The notes beneath the pieces were generated by a model. It was not told the DNA's origin and did no database searches. It worked only from the letters and a program-made list of their open reading frames with translations. The position numbers and the translations under genes were made by a program. A DNA stretch of 64,000 bases, taken from positions 1 to 64,000 of the forward strand of contig JAHDYR010000002.1 of assembly GCA_019828565.1 (NCBI GenBank). Reading direction: 5' to 3'. Source of the DNA: Carpediemonas membranifera BICM (Eukaryota; Protista; Fornicata). This document shows, piece after piece, positions 23,248 to 35,502 of this stretch (position 1 is the first letter of the stretch; each line of letters opens with the position of its first letter).

Positions 23248-26200
23248 TGTCGGTTGAAATCATTTACAGTAAACCGCAGCGGGGTAAAAGTGGTCAAAAC
23301 TGGACGGAGCAGTTTATAGACCGGTGACACTACCTCCCTTTTTGATGAGAAAACCCCCAACCTGCAAGGAACGGGGGAAAAAGATGGTTAGTAGAGTTTC
23401 AGGTTCTTCCTCGCCTTACGGGCCAACCTCTTCATCTCCTCGAGGTGTTTCACTCCCGAGAGTGGTTCTTCCGTTATGTTTTCGAATCCTACCCACTTGA
23501 TGGCGGCTGTCCCTTCTTTCCAGTCTACCGATACTACTCGCTCTACCTCCCATTTTTTCTGGTCGAAGCTTGCAAGTTGAAGCATCATCGTGTCCGTTAC
23601 GGCATCCGTGTCGAACATCATGAGTTTTTCAATGTGGGTTGATCTGGTCGATCCGTCGAGTATCGACTGCAGGACTATTCTGTTATTATCAAGTACATCG
23701 TGTACCTTCCATGGGCCCCTGTTGCGCGCGTCTAGCTTCTGAGGGGCCTCATCTTTCCAGAGGACGTAGTCACCCGGCTTCAGTTCGGTGTTGACTATTG
23801 TCTTTTGGCCCGGGCCCACACTCTCTCTGGCAGTGGTCTCCAGGGCGTTAAGGGCCAGCTCCAGGTCCTTTTTGAACTCTGGGAAATCTCTGATCGGAGA
23901 GTTGTTGTCGTTCGTCCACCAGCTTGTAAACATGTTGTGCTCATGGCCAAATATCAGCTCGTGCGGGGAGAACTTCGTGGCCGTATGTGTCGTGCCGTTG
24001 ATAATCATCTGGACCGTCGGTAGGAGTCCGCACCACTGGTCTTTGTAGGCTATTGCCAGGACAAGCCACCGTAGGTGTCTTCCAATCTCCGCATTCCTTC
24101 TCTCCACGAGACCATTGCTCTGTGGATGAAACGGGATGGTGAAGTGGTGTGCGACTTTCAATGACGTTGTGAGTTGTTCAACTATCGAGTTCGCGTACTC
24201 CGGGCCGCCGTCGGACAGAATCTCCGCCGGTATCCCGTGTCGCGTGAAAACGTGGTCCCATAGGGCCCTGGCGGAGGTCTCGGCGTCGATCGATGCGACT
24301 GCGACGAGCTCGGTGTATCTTGTAAACATGTCTACAGCCACAATGATGTAGCGAGCGCCCAGCGAATCCGTTGGGAGAGGGCCAATTGTGTCGACTGCCA
24401 CTGTCTCCCATGGTCTGGTGCGTCTTGTCTGGCCCTTTTGGGCGATAAAGTAGTCCTTGATGCGAGTCTTCAGACAAATGGGGCACGTCTTGATGTGCTT
24501 TTTGACGTCCAAGAGCATCCCCGGCCAAAAATGCAGACGTGGCGAGTGCTTGGAACGTTGAATTTGCTCCCGTATGAAATTGGTGAGCGGTCCGAAGGGC
24601 CTTGTCGCGTGTCTCTCCCTTGGGGATAATCGGCACTCCGTCCTTGAAGTAGATCGAGTTTTCGATGGATACTCCCTCTAGTTTCTCCCAGCCGACTCGA
24701 GTTGACTCAGGTGCCATGGCCTGGGCAGCCTGGATCAACTCAAGGGTCAGCCCTGGGCCGGCGTCCTCCGCCTCTAGCAGGTTCAGCTGCGGCCCGAGGT
24801 CCCCCTCGGGGAAGGATACGCGACAGCATGTCTGCCATCTTGTTTGTCTCTCCAGCAATATGCTCGATCGTAATGTTGTAGTCCGACAAGACAGACGTCC
24901 ACCTGAGGAGTTTCTTGGAAAGCTCCTTCCTCTGCATGAGATATACCAGATTCTGGTGGTCGGTGCGGATCTGTATGTTGTCCTTGAGGCGGAAAAGTTG
25001 AGCCATGTCAGGTCTCGTGAGACAAAAAGATGATAGCATGAAGCTCTTGTTCGTAGGTCGGCCACCTAGTCTGGGTTGGCGTATGACACTTTGCGAAGAG
25101 CGAGACGATCTCTCGGTTGCCGGAGTCGTCTTCTTGGAACAGAATGCCCCCTAGTCCGTCGTTCGACGCGTCCGTCTCGAGGGTCCACTTCTTTGAGAAG
25201 TCGGGGAAATGGAGGACTGTGTCTGAGCTGAGTCTCTCCTTGAACGTTGTAAACGCCTCTTCTTGTTTGGGGTTCCAAGTTATGTTCTTTGAGTTCTCCT
25301 GTGCCGTTAGCATCTCGTTGAGAGGTTTGAGGATTCGTGATGAGTCCGGGACGAACTGGGCGACATAGTTGAATGATCCCAGTGTCCTCTGAAGCTCCTT
25401 TGCGGTGGACGGGAGCGGTATGGCGTTTACCGCCTCTACCTTCTCTGGGGCAAGTTGTTTCCCCTTCTCCGAGACAATATACCCGACGGCCTCGACGTGG
25501 GCTGAGCCTATCGTGCACTTCGGGCCTTTAAGGCGCAGTGAATAATGTCTACAGATCCTGAAGACGGTTTTGATCAGGGTGAGAAACTGGGCCTCGGTCT
25601 TGGCGTAAATCAAGATGTCGTCAAGATAGATGTCCACCCCTTTGTGGAGGACCTCGGCGAACGCCTTCTGCATGGCGCGTTGGAATCTCGCCGGGGCGTT
25701 CATCAGGCCGAATGGACATCTGGTGAACTCGCAGTATGCGTCTGGAGTGACAAAAGCGGTTTTGGGGATATCTTCCTCGTGCATCCGCATCTGGTAGTAG
25801 CCTTGTCTGAGGTCTAGGCCTGCAAAGTATTTGCAGCCTGATGCTCGGTCTACAAACTCGCGCGTGTTAGGCAGGGGGAAGTTATCCCTCACTGTCTTGG
25901 AGTTTAACTCCTTGTAGTCAATGCAAAGACGGATCTTGGTCGATCCTTTGTGGCCCTGCCTGACTACTACGATCGGCGAGCTGTACGGCCCAGTCGAGTC
26001 CTGGATTATCCCGTCTCGCCTGAGTTGTTCTAGCTCTGTCGACACCAGGCCTTGGGTCACTGGGTCGAGTCTGCGAGCGCGGCATTGTACAATTGCCCGC
26101 TCGTCTATCAGTTCAATCGACATGGGTTCCAGTCGAGACCCTTCCTTGGGTAGTTCTTCCTCGAAGATATCGTCAAATGAGTTGATTATCTCGAGAATCT

Positions 26201-27607
26201 CGGGTCGGATCTTCGACTCCGGGACGTGGACACCACAGTAGTCGTCGGTTATCGCCATGTTTGCGTCCTCCGTGAGATATTCATGGTAGAACGGCAGCCA
26301 GTCCTCGTCCTCCTCAATTGAGGAGAGCTTGTGCAGGTTAAGGTTGAGTGTGCCATCGCCAATGAGTGCGAGTGACCTCAGCAAGTCACACCCGATGAGA
26401 GCCTTGAAGAACTCACCGGGGAGTACGTAGTACTTCCATGTAACCTCCAACGGTGTGACACCTAGTGCTGGGAATGCTGCCTTAAATGTGACTGCTTGAT
26501 CTGTCACGAGGGAGCGTCCGTCTCCTAGCGTGACCTTGATCTTTTCCTCGAGAGAGGTCTGCACTGTGTCCTTGGGTAGGGTACGTAGTGCCTTCGAACT
26601 AATGAAGCTTCGGCTTGCACCAGTGTCTACAACGAACGAGTAAGTTTTGCCTTTTACAGTAGCGGGGGTCGTCAGTGGACCCTTCCCGCCCTTCTCGTTA
26701 GTCGACGCGCTGTCGGCGTTGTTGTTCTCGCTGTAGCGGGGGTGCTTATCGCATCTGAAGTCCATGTGGGGACCGCCACAGAAACGACAGGGGCGCGACG
26801 GCTTCTTGGGTCCGTCGGCCGGCGGGCGCTTGGCCGCGTCCGGGCGGTACTGGGCCTTCCTGGCCTGGGCCGGGGCCTTGGGTCCGCCGGCCGGGGGTTT
26901 GCGAGAGGGGTTGATCATGGTCATACGCCCTAGCAGCCCTAAGAGCCACCGCTACGGTGTCCTCGAAGGTCTTGACGTTGTGGAGAGCAAGCAAGGTCTG
27001 TGCCTTCTTGCGGAATGCTGTCGGGTTCAGGGACTCCCGGAAGAGCCGTGCAGCCAGCTTATCAAAGCTTGCGAGCAGTTCGTCGGCATTGGGGTTGTCG
27101 TCGATGGGGTCCAAGAACCCTTCTGGGTCTGGCGTCTTGGAGTAGAGCTCGATGCGCTTGCGGAATGCTGCCGCTTGTAGTCTCGTGCCAGCTTCGAAGT
27201 TGCGTGCGGTGCTCGGCACCATGGGGAAACGAAGGTCTTGGAGCTCTTCGACGAGTGCTAGGATGGAGTGGGGAAGGAGCCGCTGGCGACACCATTCGGT
27301 GAAGTTCTTGAGAGTGTAGTTCTTGTCGGATGTGTCTATGCCTTCGGCCTTGAGTTCGAGGGCAAATGACTCCTCAATGAGGACGGACAGTGGGATGCTT
27401 GGGGTTTGTATAGTAAAAATCGTTGCTCGGCGCTCAAACTCCTCAAGAGTCTCTAGTGTTAGATTTGAAGGAGAAAGCTCAGGAATTTGAACAGTTAACG
27501 ACATCAGCACAGCTAATACTAGTATTGTCGGTTGAAATCATTTACAGTAAACCGCAGCGGGGTAAAAGTGGTCAAAACTGGACGGAGCAGTTTATAGACC
27601 GGTGACA
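23248..27607 (-). mobile_element. Ty3/gypsy element C, full length (4360 bp), nested in RT of B
   Basis: Identical 82-bp LTRs at 23248-23329 and 27526-27607. TSD TTCC (empty site seen at ~54295 and ~58177). PPT AAAAAGGGAGGTAG. VVDTGAS, YLDD, TDASN, integrase and a chromo-like end at 23388. Confidence 0.95.
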
Positions 27608-28344
27608 TTCCAGTCCAGGCAAGTTCCAGTATACGGGCATGCCGTTTGGATTGAAAAACGCTGGGGCGCATTTCCAGTCTGCAATTGAACGGGGATTCCA
27701 CGATCTACTTGGTACCGCGTGTATCATATATATTGACGACATTATAATTTTCGGCCGCACAGAGCAAGAGTATTTGTCCAACTTGAACAAGGTGTTGGCG
27801 AGGGCCGAAGAGTTGAAACTCAGCCTCAACAAGGAGAAGTCACACTGGACTCGCAGAAGTCGAGTTCTTAGGCTGGGTGGTGTCGGGTACAGGATTTAGA
27901 ATTGCGCCAGACCGCATTCGGGATGTTGAGACGCTGCGTGTCCCGAAGACGAAGAAGGCCGCTCAAGCCCTAATGGGATTCTTGAACTTCATGAGAGATT
28001 TTTGTGCCAGGTTTTTCGAGGATCGTGCACCCTTTAGCTCAAGCCGCGTGTGGCAAGGCACCTCCCGACGGCAGCGATCAGGTCGAGGCTTTGGCGCAGG
28101 TCAAAGATCTGCTGTGTCAGGCTCCCGCCCTCGAACACTTCGATGTTACCCGTGAGCACGTCGTCATGACTGACGCGTCAGACCTTGGAATTGGCGGAGT
28201 GTTGCTACAAGACGGTAAGCCGGTGTCATACATGTCCAAGTCTTTCAACGATGTGCAGACGAGATGGAGCACAATTGAACAGGAGGCGTATGCAATCGTT
28301 TCCGCGTTGCAGAGGTGGCGCAGGTTCTTGTGTTGGACACCATT

Positions 28345-28401
28345 TGAGAGCCAGTGCAGTTTATGTAAACAGATCTACCTGCGCAAGCCAACAATGGCAC
28401 A
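28345..28401 (+). mobile_element. 57-bp solo-LTR-like insertion
   Basis: TG..CA ends with TSD CATT. Also present at ~53633-53689. Empty site at ~57570. Confidence 0.8.
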
Positions 28402-29860
28402 CATTCACATTGCTGACTGATCATCGCAATCTTGTGTTTATGTCGCGTTCTTCCAACTCCAAGGTTCAACGGTGGTACGAATCAATATCTGATCTTGATT
28501 TCACGATCAAACATGTGGCCGGAGTGGATAACAGTGCAGCCGATGGTCTCAGTCGCGTGTTTGCGGCATCGGCAGATCGGTTGCCAGTGGCGTCTGAGAC
28601 GGAGATAGCTGAGGCACACAGACACGGGCAAGCTCACCTGCCACTGCATACCACGATACAATTCTTGAGGACACATGGCAAGAGGGCGCCCGTGGATCAG
28701 GTGGCGAGGGTGATCGACAGATGTCCGGTATGTCAACTCACAGCAAAACCAGCTGAAGCCGCCAGGGCATACTTACATACAGCCGGACTCAGGCCGTTCA
28801 TGAAGGTAGCAATGGACACTATCGGTCCGTTGCCCGAGTCGCTCGGATACAAGTTCATTTTTAGTAGTAGTCGATATGGCTTCGAGGTGGACCGAGCTCA
28901 TTCCGCTGAAGACAACGAGAGCCGACGAAGCTGTCAGAGCATTTGCTGACCAGTGGATACTCAGGTATGGAGTCCCTCGAGTCCTCCAAACAGACGGAGG
29001 CAAGCAGTTTGTCAACAAGCTGTTCAAGGACTTGTCCGTCCGAGTTGGCTTTTCAATCCATACAACCACTCCATATCATCCACAGTCAAATGGAGTGGTC
29101 GAACGAGCGAACAGCAGAGTCGAGCGTATTCTGAGGGCGCGGCAGTACGAGCTGAGGTCGGAGCTGTGGTCGGAGTCGTTGCCAGTTGCACAGTACATTG
29201 TCAACGCGACACCACACTCAGCAACGCGTTTAACCCCAGCAGAGGTGATTTTTGGTAGTGATCTGCGCGTACCGGCCGACATGCTAATCGTCAAAGAACT
29301 GGGTGAGAAGGCGGTCAGCCAACCAGCGAGCAACGTAGCTGCTGCCAAACTCGCTCGAGAGCTCGCTGAAGCACGTATTAAGGCAATGCACGCTGACGCT
29401 CTCAGCAAGCTGCCCCCTCCTGAACCAATTACGTCTGAGTTTGTATTGGTCAAATACCCGAATGGGCCACCATCAAAGTTGGCTGCAGGGTGGCGAGGCC
29501 CCATGCAACTGATCCAGCCTATCATGAGGAATGACTTTCCTGTTGGTTACTGGGTTAGAGATGTCAATACGAGGACCGAATTCCAGGTCGCGTCCGAGAG
29601 GGTCAGACCATTTTCAGGCGAGCTGTCCATGCAACATGCCCAAGAGCTAGCAGCAGTGACGATCGGCGAGTATGTCGTGGAGTCGATATACGAAGCAACG
29701 CATGAGCGCAGACTCAGCGATCGGCAGTTCCACGTCCGATGGGCAGGGTACGAGCCTTCGGAAGATACGTGGGAGCCGTACCAGAACGTTAAGGGATGCG
29801 AAGCGTTGGATATATATCTGGGGAAGGCCGAATAAATGGCCCCCAAGCATCAGAAACTGT

Positions 29861-30982
29861 TTATTCGCAAGTGTCACAACGGACGTTACCATCGAGGGCA
29901 ACGTCGTCGGCGAGGTAAGACTCGTAAGACAGATGCTCAGTGAGGAACTGGGCAACGGCAGGGTGAGTCTGCATGCGCCGAGTAGCGATGGCAATGCTGC
30001 TCACATTGGGGCATTCCTCATAACTGACATGCAGGCGCAGAAGACCAGGGGCGTCAAAACGATAATGCCAAACACGCGAGACCGTGAAGGCTGCAGAAGT
30101 CATGTCTTGCAGAGTCAGCGACGGGGCGCGGTCAGCAGTAACCGGCATGAAGCCTGACAGAAGACTGAACTCCGCGTCGTCGAAGGAAGCGCCGCTACGC
30201 ATGCGAGCGAAGTACTGACGAGCGAACTCAGCGCAATCAGCGCGGGTGAGGATACCGAGGGCCTCTCCCATGTGCAGCACAAAATATAGGTTGACATCGT
30301 GGCCGAGCATGACAGCACGGAAGACATGAGGACGCATGGTGACGATGCTGAGGCCAGAGCGATTCTCGATCTCTTGCTTGAGCGCGTTCGGCACATACGC
30401 GCGTTTGTCTCGAACAGCAGTGAGGTAGGCTGAAACGATGGCAGCATCAGTCGAATCGCGACGTATGGAGAGGTAAGCCGACATCGCCTGGAGTACGATA
30501 GCGTCACGGCAGAGATCAGCGCCGGCGTCATGCGAGTGCACTGCAGCGGAAGCGCGGGTGTAAGAGTGCAGCCGGTTGTCGGTGAGCAGCAGTAACTCAG
30601 TCCGGGGAGAGTTCCAGTAGTAGCTGACTGCCTGCCGGGTGACGAGTTCCACGTAGCCAGAGAGGGATGGCGGGGTGTCGTCCGACTCGGAGTCAGACTC
30701 ATTGTCGGTTGGGTCAGGAGAAGCCGGAAGGTAGCGTAGGTCGACGGCGTTAACGCTCTCGCTGTCAGATGCAGAACTGGTTACGGCGCCAGCAAGTTCC
30801 TCTGGGACATTAGGGACGTTTTGGCGCCTAGGAGCACGTCGCGGCTGGTAAGGGGTGAACAGCTCGAGGTAGGAACCAGTTTCAGAGATATGGCGACGGA
30901 GGAGACGGCAAAATTGCATTCTCGAAGTGTTAGTCGTAAGACGATTTAGAATAGTTTCCACAGCGGCGTCGAAATCCCCCAT
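29861..30982 (-). CDS. Additional antisense ORF inside element B, unknown function
   Basis: Intact 373-aa ORF between the pol stop and the 3' LTR, convergent with pol. Confidence 0.6.
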   Translation of the reverse strand: MGDFDAAVETILNRLTTNTSRMQFCRLLRRHISETGSYLELFTPYQPRRAPRRQNVPNVPEELAGAVTSSASDSESVNAVDLRYLPASPDPTDNESDSESDDTPPSLSGYVELVTRQAVSYYWNSPRTELLLLTDNRLHSYTRASAAVHSHDAGADLCRDAIVLQAMSAYLSIRRDSTDAAIVSAYLTAVRDKRAYVPNALKQEIENRSGLSIVTMRPHVFRAVMLGHDVNLYFVLHMGEALGILTRADCAEFARQYFARMRSGASFDDAEFSLLSGFMPVTADRAPSLTLQDMTSAAFTVSRVWHYRFDAPGLLRLHVSYEECPNVSSIAIATRRMQTHPAVAQFLTEHLSYESYLADDVALDGNVRCDTCE

Positions 30983-31841
30983 GAGCTGTGATCGTCTAGA
31001 AAGTCGACTTTCCAGAAAGCAAAAAATGCGAAATCGATGAAACGCAACAATGCTGTTCAGAAGTGGAACATAGAGTTGTTTACATGGTGGAACTGATGTT
31101 GTTATTCAATATAGCCGCGTTTTCGGGATCCAAAAAGTGTTTCCGGCGGTGCAAAACGAAAAAGTGCCATATCTCGCGAACGAGAAGGAATTGGAGCCTC
31201 TTAACCCGTTTTTTGAACGCCGTGTAAGATTAGGCGGAATGTAACCAACCTCTGGTAAGAATTGACATGGGGACATCGATGGCACCTAAAAGTGCGCCAT
31301 TTGACCCTTTCAGAATCGTCGGGTATGTTTCAAAGACTTTCAAGAGGGCAGGACCCCAGGTAAGGATACCCATAACATAGCGCGCTAATACAGTGGTACC
31401 ACGCAAGATTTGATCAGATAATATTAGGTAATTTAGATTTGGTAGTGAGGTAAGCATATCTCAGAAACGTGACTGGACATCACGCCGGGCATAAGACACA
31501 GGGTTTTTATAGCCAGTCTGGTCAACGGGTATCCGGTGAACTCGAAAGTCCCGAGCTCACAACGGTTCAGGCAATAGGGCTTAGTCCATTGCCAACTCCG
31601 GCTCCATGGCGAGTCCCCATGGAAGCGACGGTTACTGGAGCTTGTATCTGGGCAATTCACCCGGACCAAGCACCTAGCACACCCTTCATAATAGTGTTGA
31701 GTTTTTTGATGCTCTACCGGAGCATGGGAGGGAAGTGTTGGTTCATCAATAGATTATTTAATAGTCTTGAGTCGTCCAGCTCGACACATGGGTGTCGAGC
31801 TCTATTCTTTGTAAAGCTTTGTTCTCACGAACCCACAGGCG

Positions 31842-32645
31842 CACGAGGCGCGTGACAGATGGGCTAAGGAAGGTTGCAAGGGGAGGTAGTTGGAGATTGA
31901 GGGCTCTCGCTTGAACTTGGTAGTGATCGACGTCGTCCTGGAAGGTGAAGAAGGCAGAACGCGTAAGCGATCGCAAATACGGGATGGTGATGCCAAAAGA
32001 CTGCATGTAGTATCGATACTGTGCTTGGTTTGGCCTTGAAGGGAACTTTCCAATTAATGGATGAGAACTGATTTACTCCTGGAAACCGCAGTGGTGAAAA
32101 TGGTCAAAAACCAAAACCTTAAACTGCGCCTCTGTGACGGGCAGGGGACAGGAACACCGAAGGGAAACGATGAACTAACTTTAAATTGACTTTGACGATC
32201 ATTGACCAATCATAAAAGAACTGATTGGGACAGCTAACACAACGTGACACTGCCTCCATGAGTGGGCATAGGCCGTCTATGTTCGTAGGGGGTTCAATTG
32301 GGGTCGCCATTCGGCCCCTCATCAATTGATTCAGAAGGATGGTGGTGAACTCGCATGGTGGAAAATCTGTCCGGATACACGCAAAATCATACAACGAACC
32401 GCTAAGTAACTAATCAACATCATTATTCTTGAACGGCGTCGTGTTCCGCATCATTCTCAACGCAAAGCACACAATACAAGAGCCGCACTTGCAAATCTGC
32501 GGTTTCTGCCTCCGCAATGAGAGATGTGGAGTATTATTAAGTAGATGACGACAACTAGAGAGCTTTACGGGCGCTCTTCATCTTCTTGAGCAATTGGGGA
32601 TGCTCAGCAAGATAGTCGTCAAGGGCAGCGAGCTTGTCGAGGTCT
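31842..32645 (-). mobile_element. Family D second copy: chromodomain end, LTR 32020-32249, palindrome 32010-32019, gag start 32006 (gag continues at 21296-21156)
   Basis: Duplicate of the 14.9-15.7 kb segment. Removing element B restores the reading frame SVTRLVRLRVPIDDIPDGDLF. Confidence 0.85.
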
Positions 32646-34257
32646 CATACTGTCAATTCCTTGACTTCAAGTCAAGTTTTTGTGACTTAAAGTCAAGGAC
32701 AAAACTTGACTTTAAGTCATTTTGCAAGAAAAAATGAACTCGACGATGAGCCGGAGCTGGATCTTCAAAGTGGTATGGTAGTACTTGGCTATACCTAAGC
32801 AATACGCATGCGCAGTATCAAACTTTTAATCCTGCTAGAAAAAAGTAACATAGGGACAAATTGGAATTGAGAGTTGAGACTCAAAAAACGGGCAGGGGGG
32901 AGGAAATGGTCCATAGGTACGCCGTATGGGTCGCTTCCTCCCTTCTGCCCCTTTTTTATCGCAAAATCGATTTGCCGGATTTGACACACGTTTGATGTGA
33001 TCAAAATGGATTTGATAGACATGGGTCCAGATCATGCAGTTGGCCATCCTGAAGCGCTAGGGCAGCCTGAAGACCGCAGCAATGCCTCTGCTGAATGCCC
33101 TTCATGCCTGACGGACAGGACGCGCGTTGACTCAAAAGGACTGCATGTTTCGGCATCAGAAGAAGGCTTGAAATACAACGGAGTCATCGCCGAACCGCTC
33201 CGACCAAGTCGGTTATTAGGACATCGCGTTCAAACGCCCTCTGCAATTACCAAGTCAATAGATGGGAGTCGACCTGATGAGCACGTCATTTTGGGCCCCA
33301 TGTGACCCTATAGCTGAGCTTGGCTGGGCGCTGCTGCGGCCATGGGCCGCTAGTGCCCTTACTGGCTCGTTTCTCCTCGTATAGCGGCCGTAGAGGTATG
33401 GTCTGAGCCTCGTTATAATAGTCTGCCCGAGTAGAGTCCAGCCATACCATAAATGCCCCCCATTCCCCCCCTCCCGGTCGCTCATACCTCCAAAATGGCC
33501 TATATTCCCTGTAGGAAGCTTAATAAGGGCCGATTTCCCATAAGTCGTGGCATAGAGGGAAGAGACTTTGTACACAGCCTCCAGATCGTGGGTTCAATTT
33601 TCACCGGGAGCAAATAGGTATTTTTGGCAGACAACGCCGCTCCGAGCTCTATCGCGCCCAGCGGTGCCTGCAGCGGCCAGAACAGAGCTAGAATTCGGGT
33701 GATTTTTAATCTCGATCGAAATGCTGCTGAAGCACGCTCTAGAGGGACTGAAGCGCTCCTCGAGGCGCCAATGAATGGAGATAGATCGTGTTGTTCGCGT
33801 TTACTTTGAATACTGCAGCAATAATGGAGATAATGAGATTTGCCGGGAACTGCAGACGAATTCCCTCACTAACTAGCCTGGAATCGTGATAAAGCTCCTA
33901 CATGATCACTCTGCATGCCCCAGAAGCATTGTACGCATGCTCAGAACCGCTTGAGCTGATGTTGGGCTGCTCCGCAGGATAAGGGATGATCGCTCATGGA
34001 CGTCTGAAAGCAGATCCTGGACGATAGAAGAGACGAAGAGAACACGTAAACATTTACATTCATTGCGACGCGTATGCCAGCTGGGTTGGCACTGGCGACA
34101 TCAACGCAGACTTCGCCATCGCTGTCGGTGGTAGGCGAGTCGTTGATGTTGTTAGGGAGTGATGTGGATGATGGAACTTGCTGTTGAGGGCGCCGGTGAT
34201 GCGGGGCTGGCGTGGCGCTGAGGGCGCTGGCGTAGGGGTGCTGTGTGGGCGCTGCGA

Positions 34258-34488
34258 TGAGGGCGCCAGGAATGAGGCGCCAGGGATGAGGGCGCCAGAG
34301 ATGAGGCGCCAGGGATGAGGCGCCAGGATGAGGGCGCCAGAGATGAGGCGCCAGAGATGAGGCGCCAGGACGAGGGCGCCAGGACGAGGGCGCCAGGATG
34401 AGGCGCCAGAGATGAGGCGCCAGGATGAGGGCGCCAGGATGAGGGCGCCAGAGATGAGGCGCCAGGATGAGGGCGCCAGAGATGAGGA
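34258..34488. repeat. Tandem repeat of a 13-15 bp unit GGCGCCAG(A)GATGA(G), about 16 copies
   Basis: Direct reading. Confidence 0.95.
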
Positions 34489-34499
34489 GTACAGTATTA

Positions 34500-34845
34500 G
34501 AACCCCGAAAACGCCATAATACCAACACCAATGAGCTTCATCAACGAAGATATGCTCACTGGTGCCGGTTATGGCGTTTTCGGGGTTCGTCGATCATTCT
34601 GCTCCCAAATCTGCACCTGAATTTTCGTGAGCATGCCCGGGAGCTATGCCTGACGAGTGATACCGCAGGGACCACGCTCAGATGCTCAGCCTCTGCCAGG
34701 CGGCACTCGTTTGAATTCTGCACGAAAAAAAATCAGACGACGAATGATGGGCAAAGGGCCGCGAAAACGCTGTAGTACCAGCGCAAGTAGAGTATTTTGC
34801 AATAAAATAGCTTACTTGCGGTGGTGCTGGCGTTTTCGGGGCCCC
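34500..34845. repeat. Two related inverted repeats
   Basis: Perfect 20-bp arms at 34500-34519/34569-34588, and an imperfect related pair at ~34756-34845. Both contain CGAAAACGC. Confidence 0.85.
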
Positions 34846-34850
34846 AATAT

Positions 34851-35075
34851 CCTCTCTCCCCCGTGCTCTCCCCCGTGCTCTCTCCCGGACGTTCCCCCGG
34901 GCTCTCTTCTCCCGTGCTCTCTCCCCCGTGCTCTCTCCCGGACGTTCCCCCGTGCTCTCCCCCGTGCTCTCTCCCGGACGTTCCCCCGGGCTCTCTTCTC
35001 CCGTGCTCTCTCCCCCGTGCTCTCTCCCGGACGTTCCCCCGGGCTCTCTCCCCCGTGCTCTCTCCCGGACGTTCC
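34851..35075. repeat. Pyrimidine-rich compound tandem repeat (CTCTCCCCCGTG / CTCTCTCCCGGACGTTCCCCC)
   Basis: Direct reading. Confidence 0.95.
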
Positions 35076-35106
35076 AGAAGAGACAATGGCTATTTCTGGA
35101 ATCCAA

Positions 35107-35362
35107 TGGACAGTTGGTGGCAGTATTGATGTTGTTTATGCAATTAAAGTTCCTATCGTTTCTTCTAGCTCGTTCCTTGTGTGGTTTCGTGGTTCCTTTG
35201 ACTCGTTTGATGTTGTTAATGAGTATCATGGGCCATAGCGGCCGTCAGACGCTATTGATGTGTTATTATGCAAGCTTATATCCTCAATAAAGCTCTATAG
35301 CTCATTGGCACTGAGAAAATAGTGGGAAGTCGGTTCCCACTATTGGTGCACTTTATGGCTCG
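35107..35362. repeat. ~256-bp direct repeat, second copy at 39837-40092
   Basis: Near-identical sequence. Confidence 0.9.
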
Positions 35363-35502
35363 ATCTCAATCCGCTGGTCTCCGACAGGCAAGAGAGCGAG
35401 ACAGGAATAAATGAATGTATATCTGACTGTCTGGTCAGCTGCGCCAAGTCGATGGCTTAGTCAGTGTTTGAGTCATTCCCACGACATATTTACTTCGTTC
35501 AT

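Larger units (their letters stand above)
21297..31837 (+). mobile_element. Ty3/gypsy chromodomain element B, full length, inserted in gag of D
   Basis: Identical 102-bp LTRs at 21297-21398 and 31736-31837, TSD GGCG, PPT GGGAGGGAAG. gag ATG at 21414, two CCHC, protease LFDCGAD, RT YIDD, RNase H, integrase, chromodomain ending 29835. Confidence 0.95.

Noticed and set aside
26746-26924. Programmed gag-pol frameshift in element C
   Set aside because: The shift falls before the zinc knuckle and no slippery site is evident. An indel is more likely.
32646-32719. CRISPR-like reading of the spaced palindromes
   Set aside because: Only 3-4 units with short spacers, located inside TIRs, no cas genes, and a eukaryotic context.
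33941-35290. ORFs of 100-196 aa over the satellites
   Set aside because: They are open in many frames because the repeats lack stop codons, and the translations are periodic.
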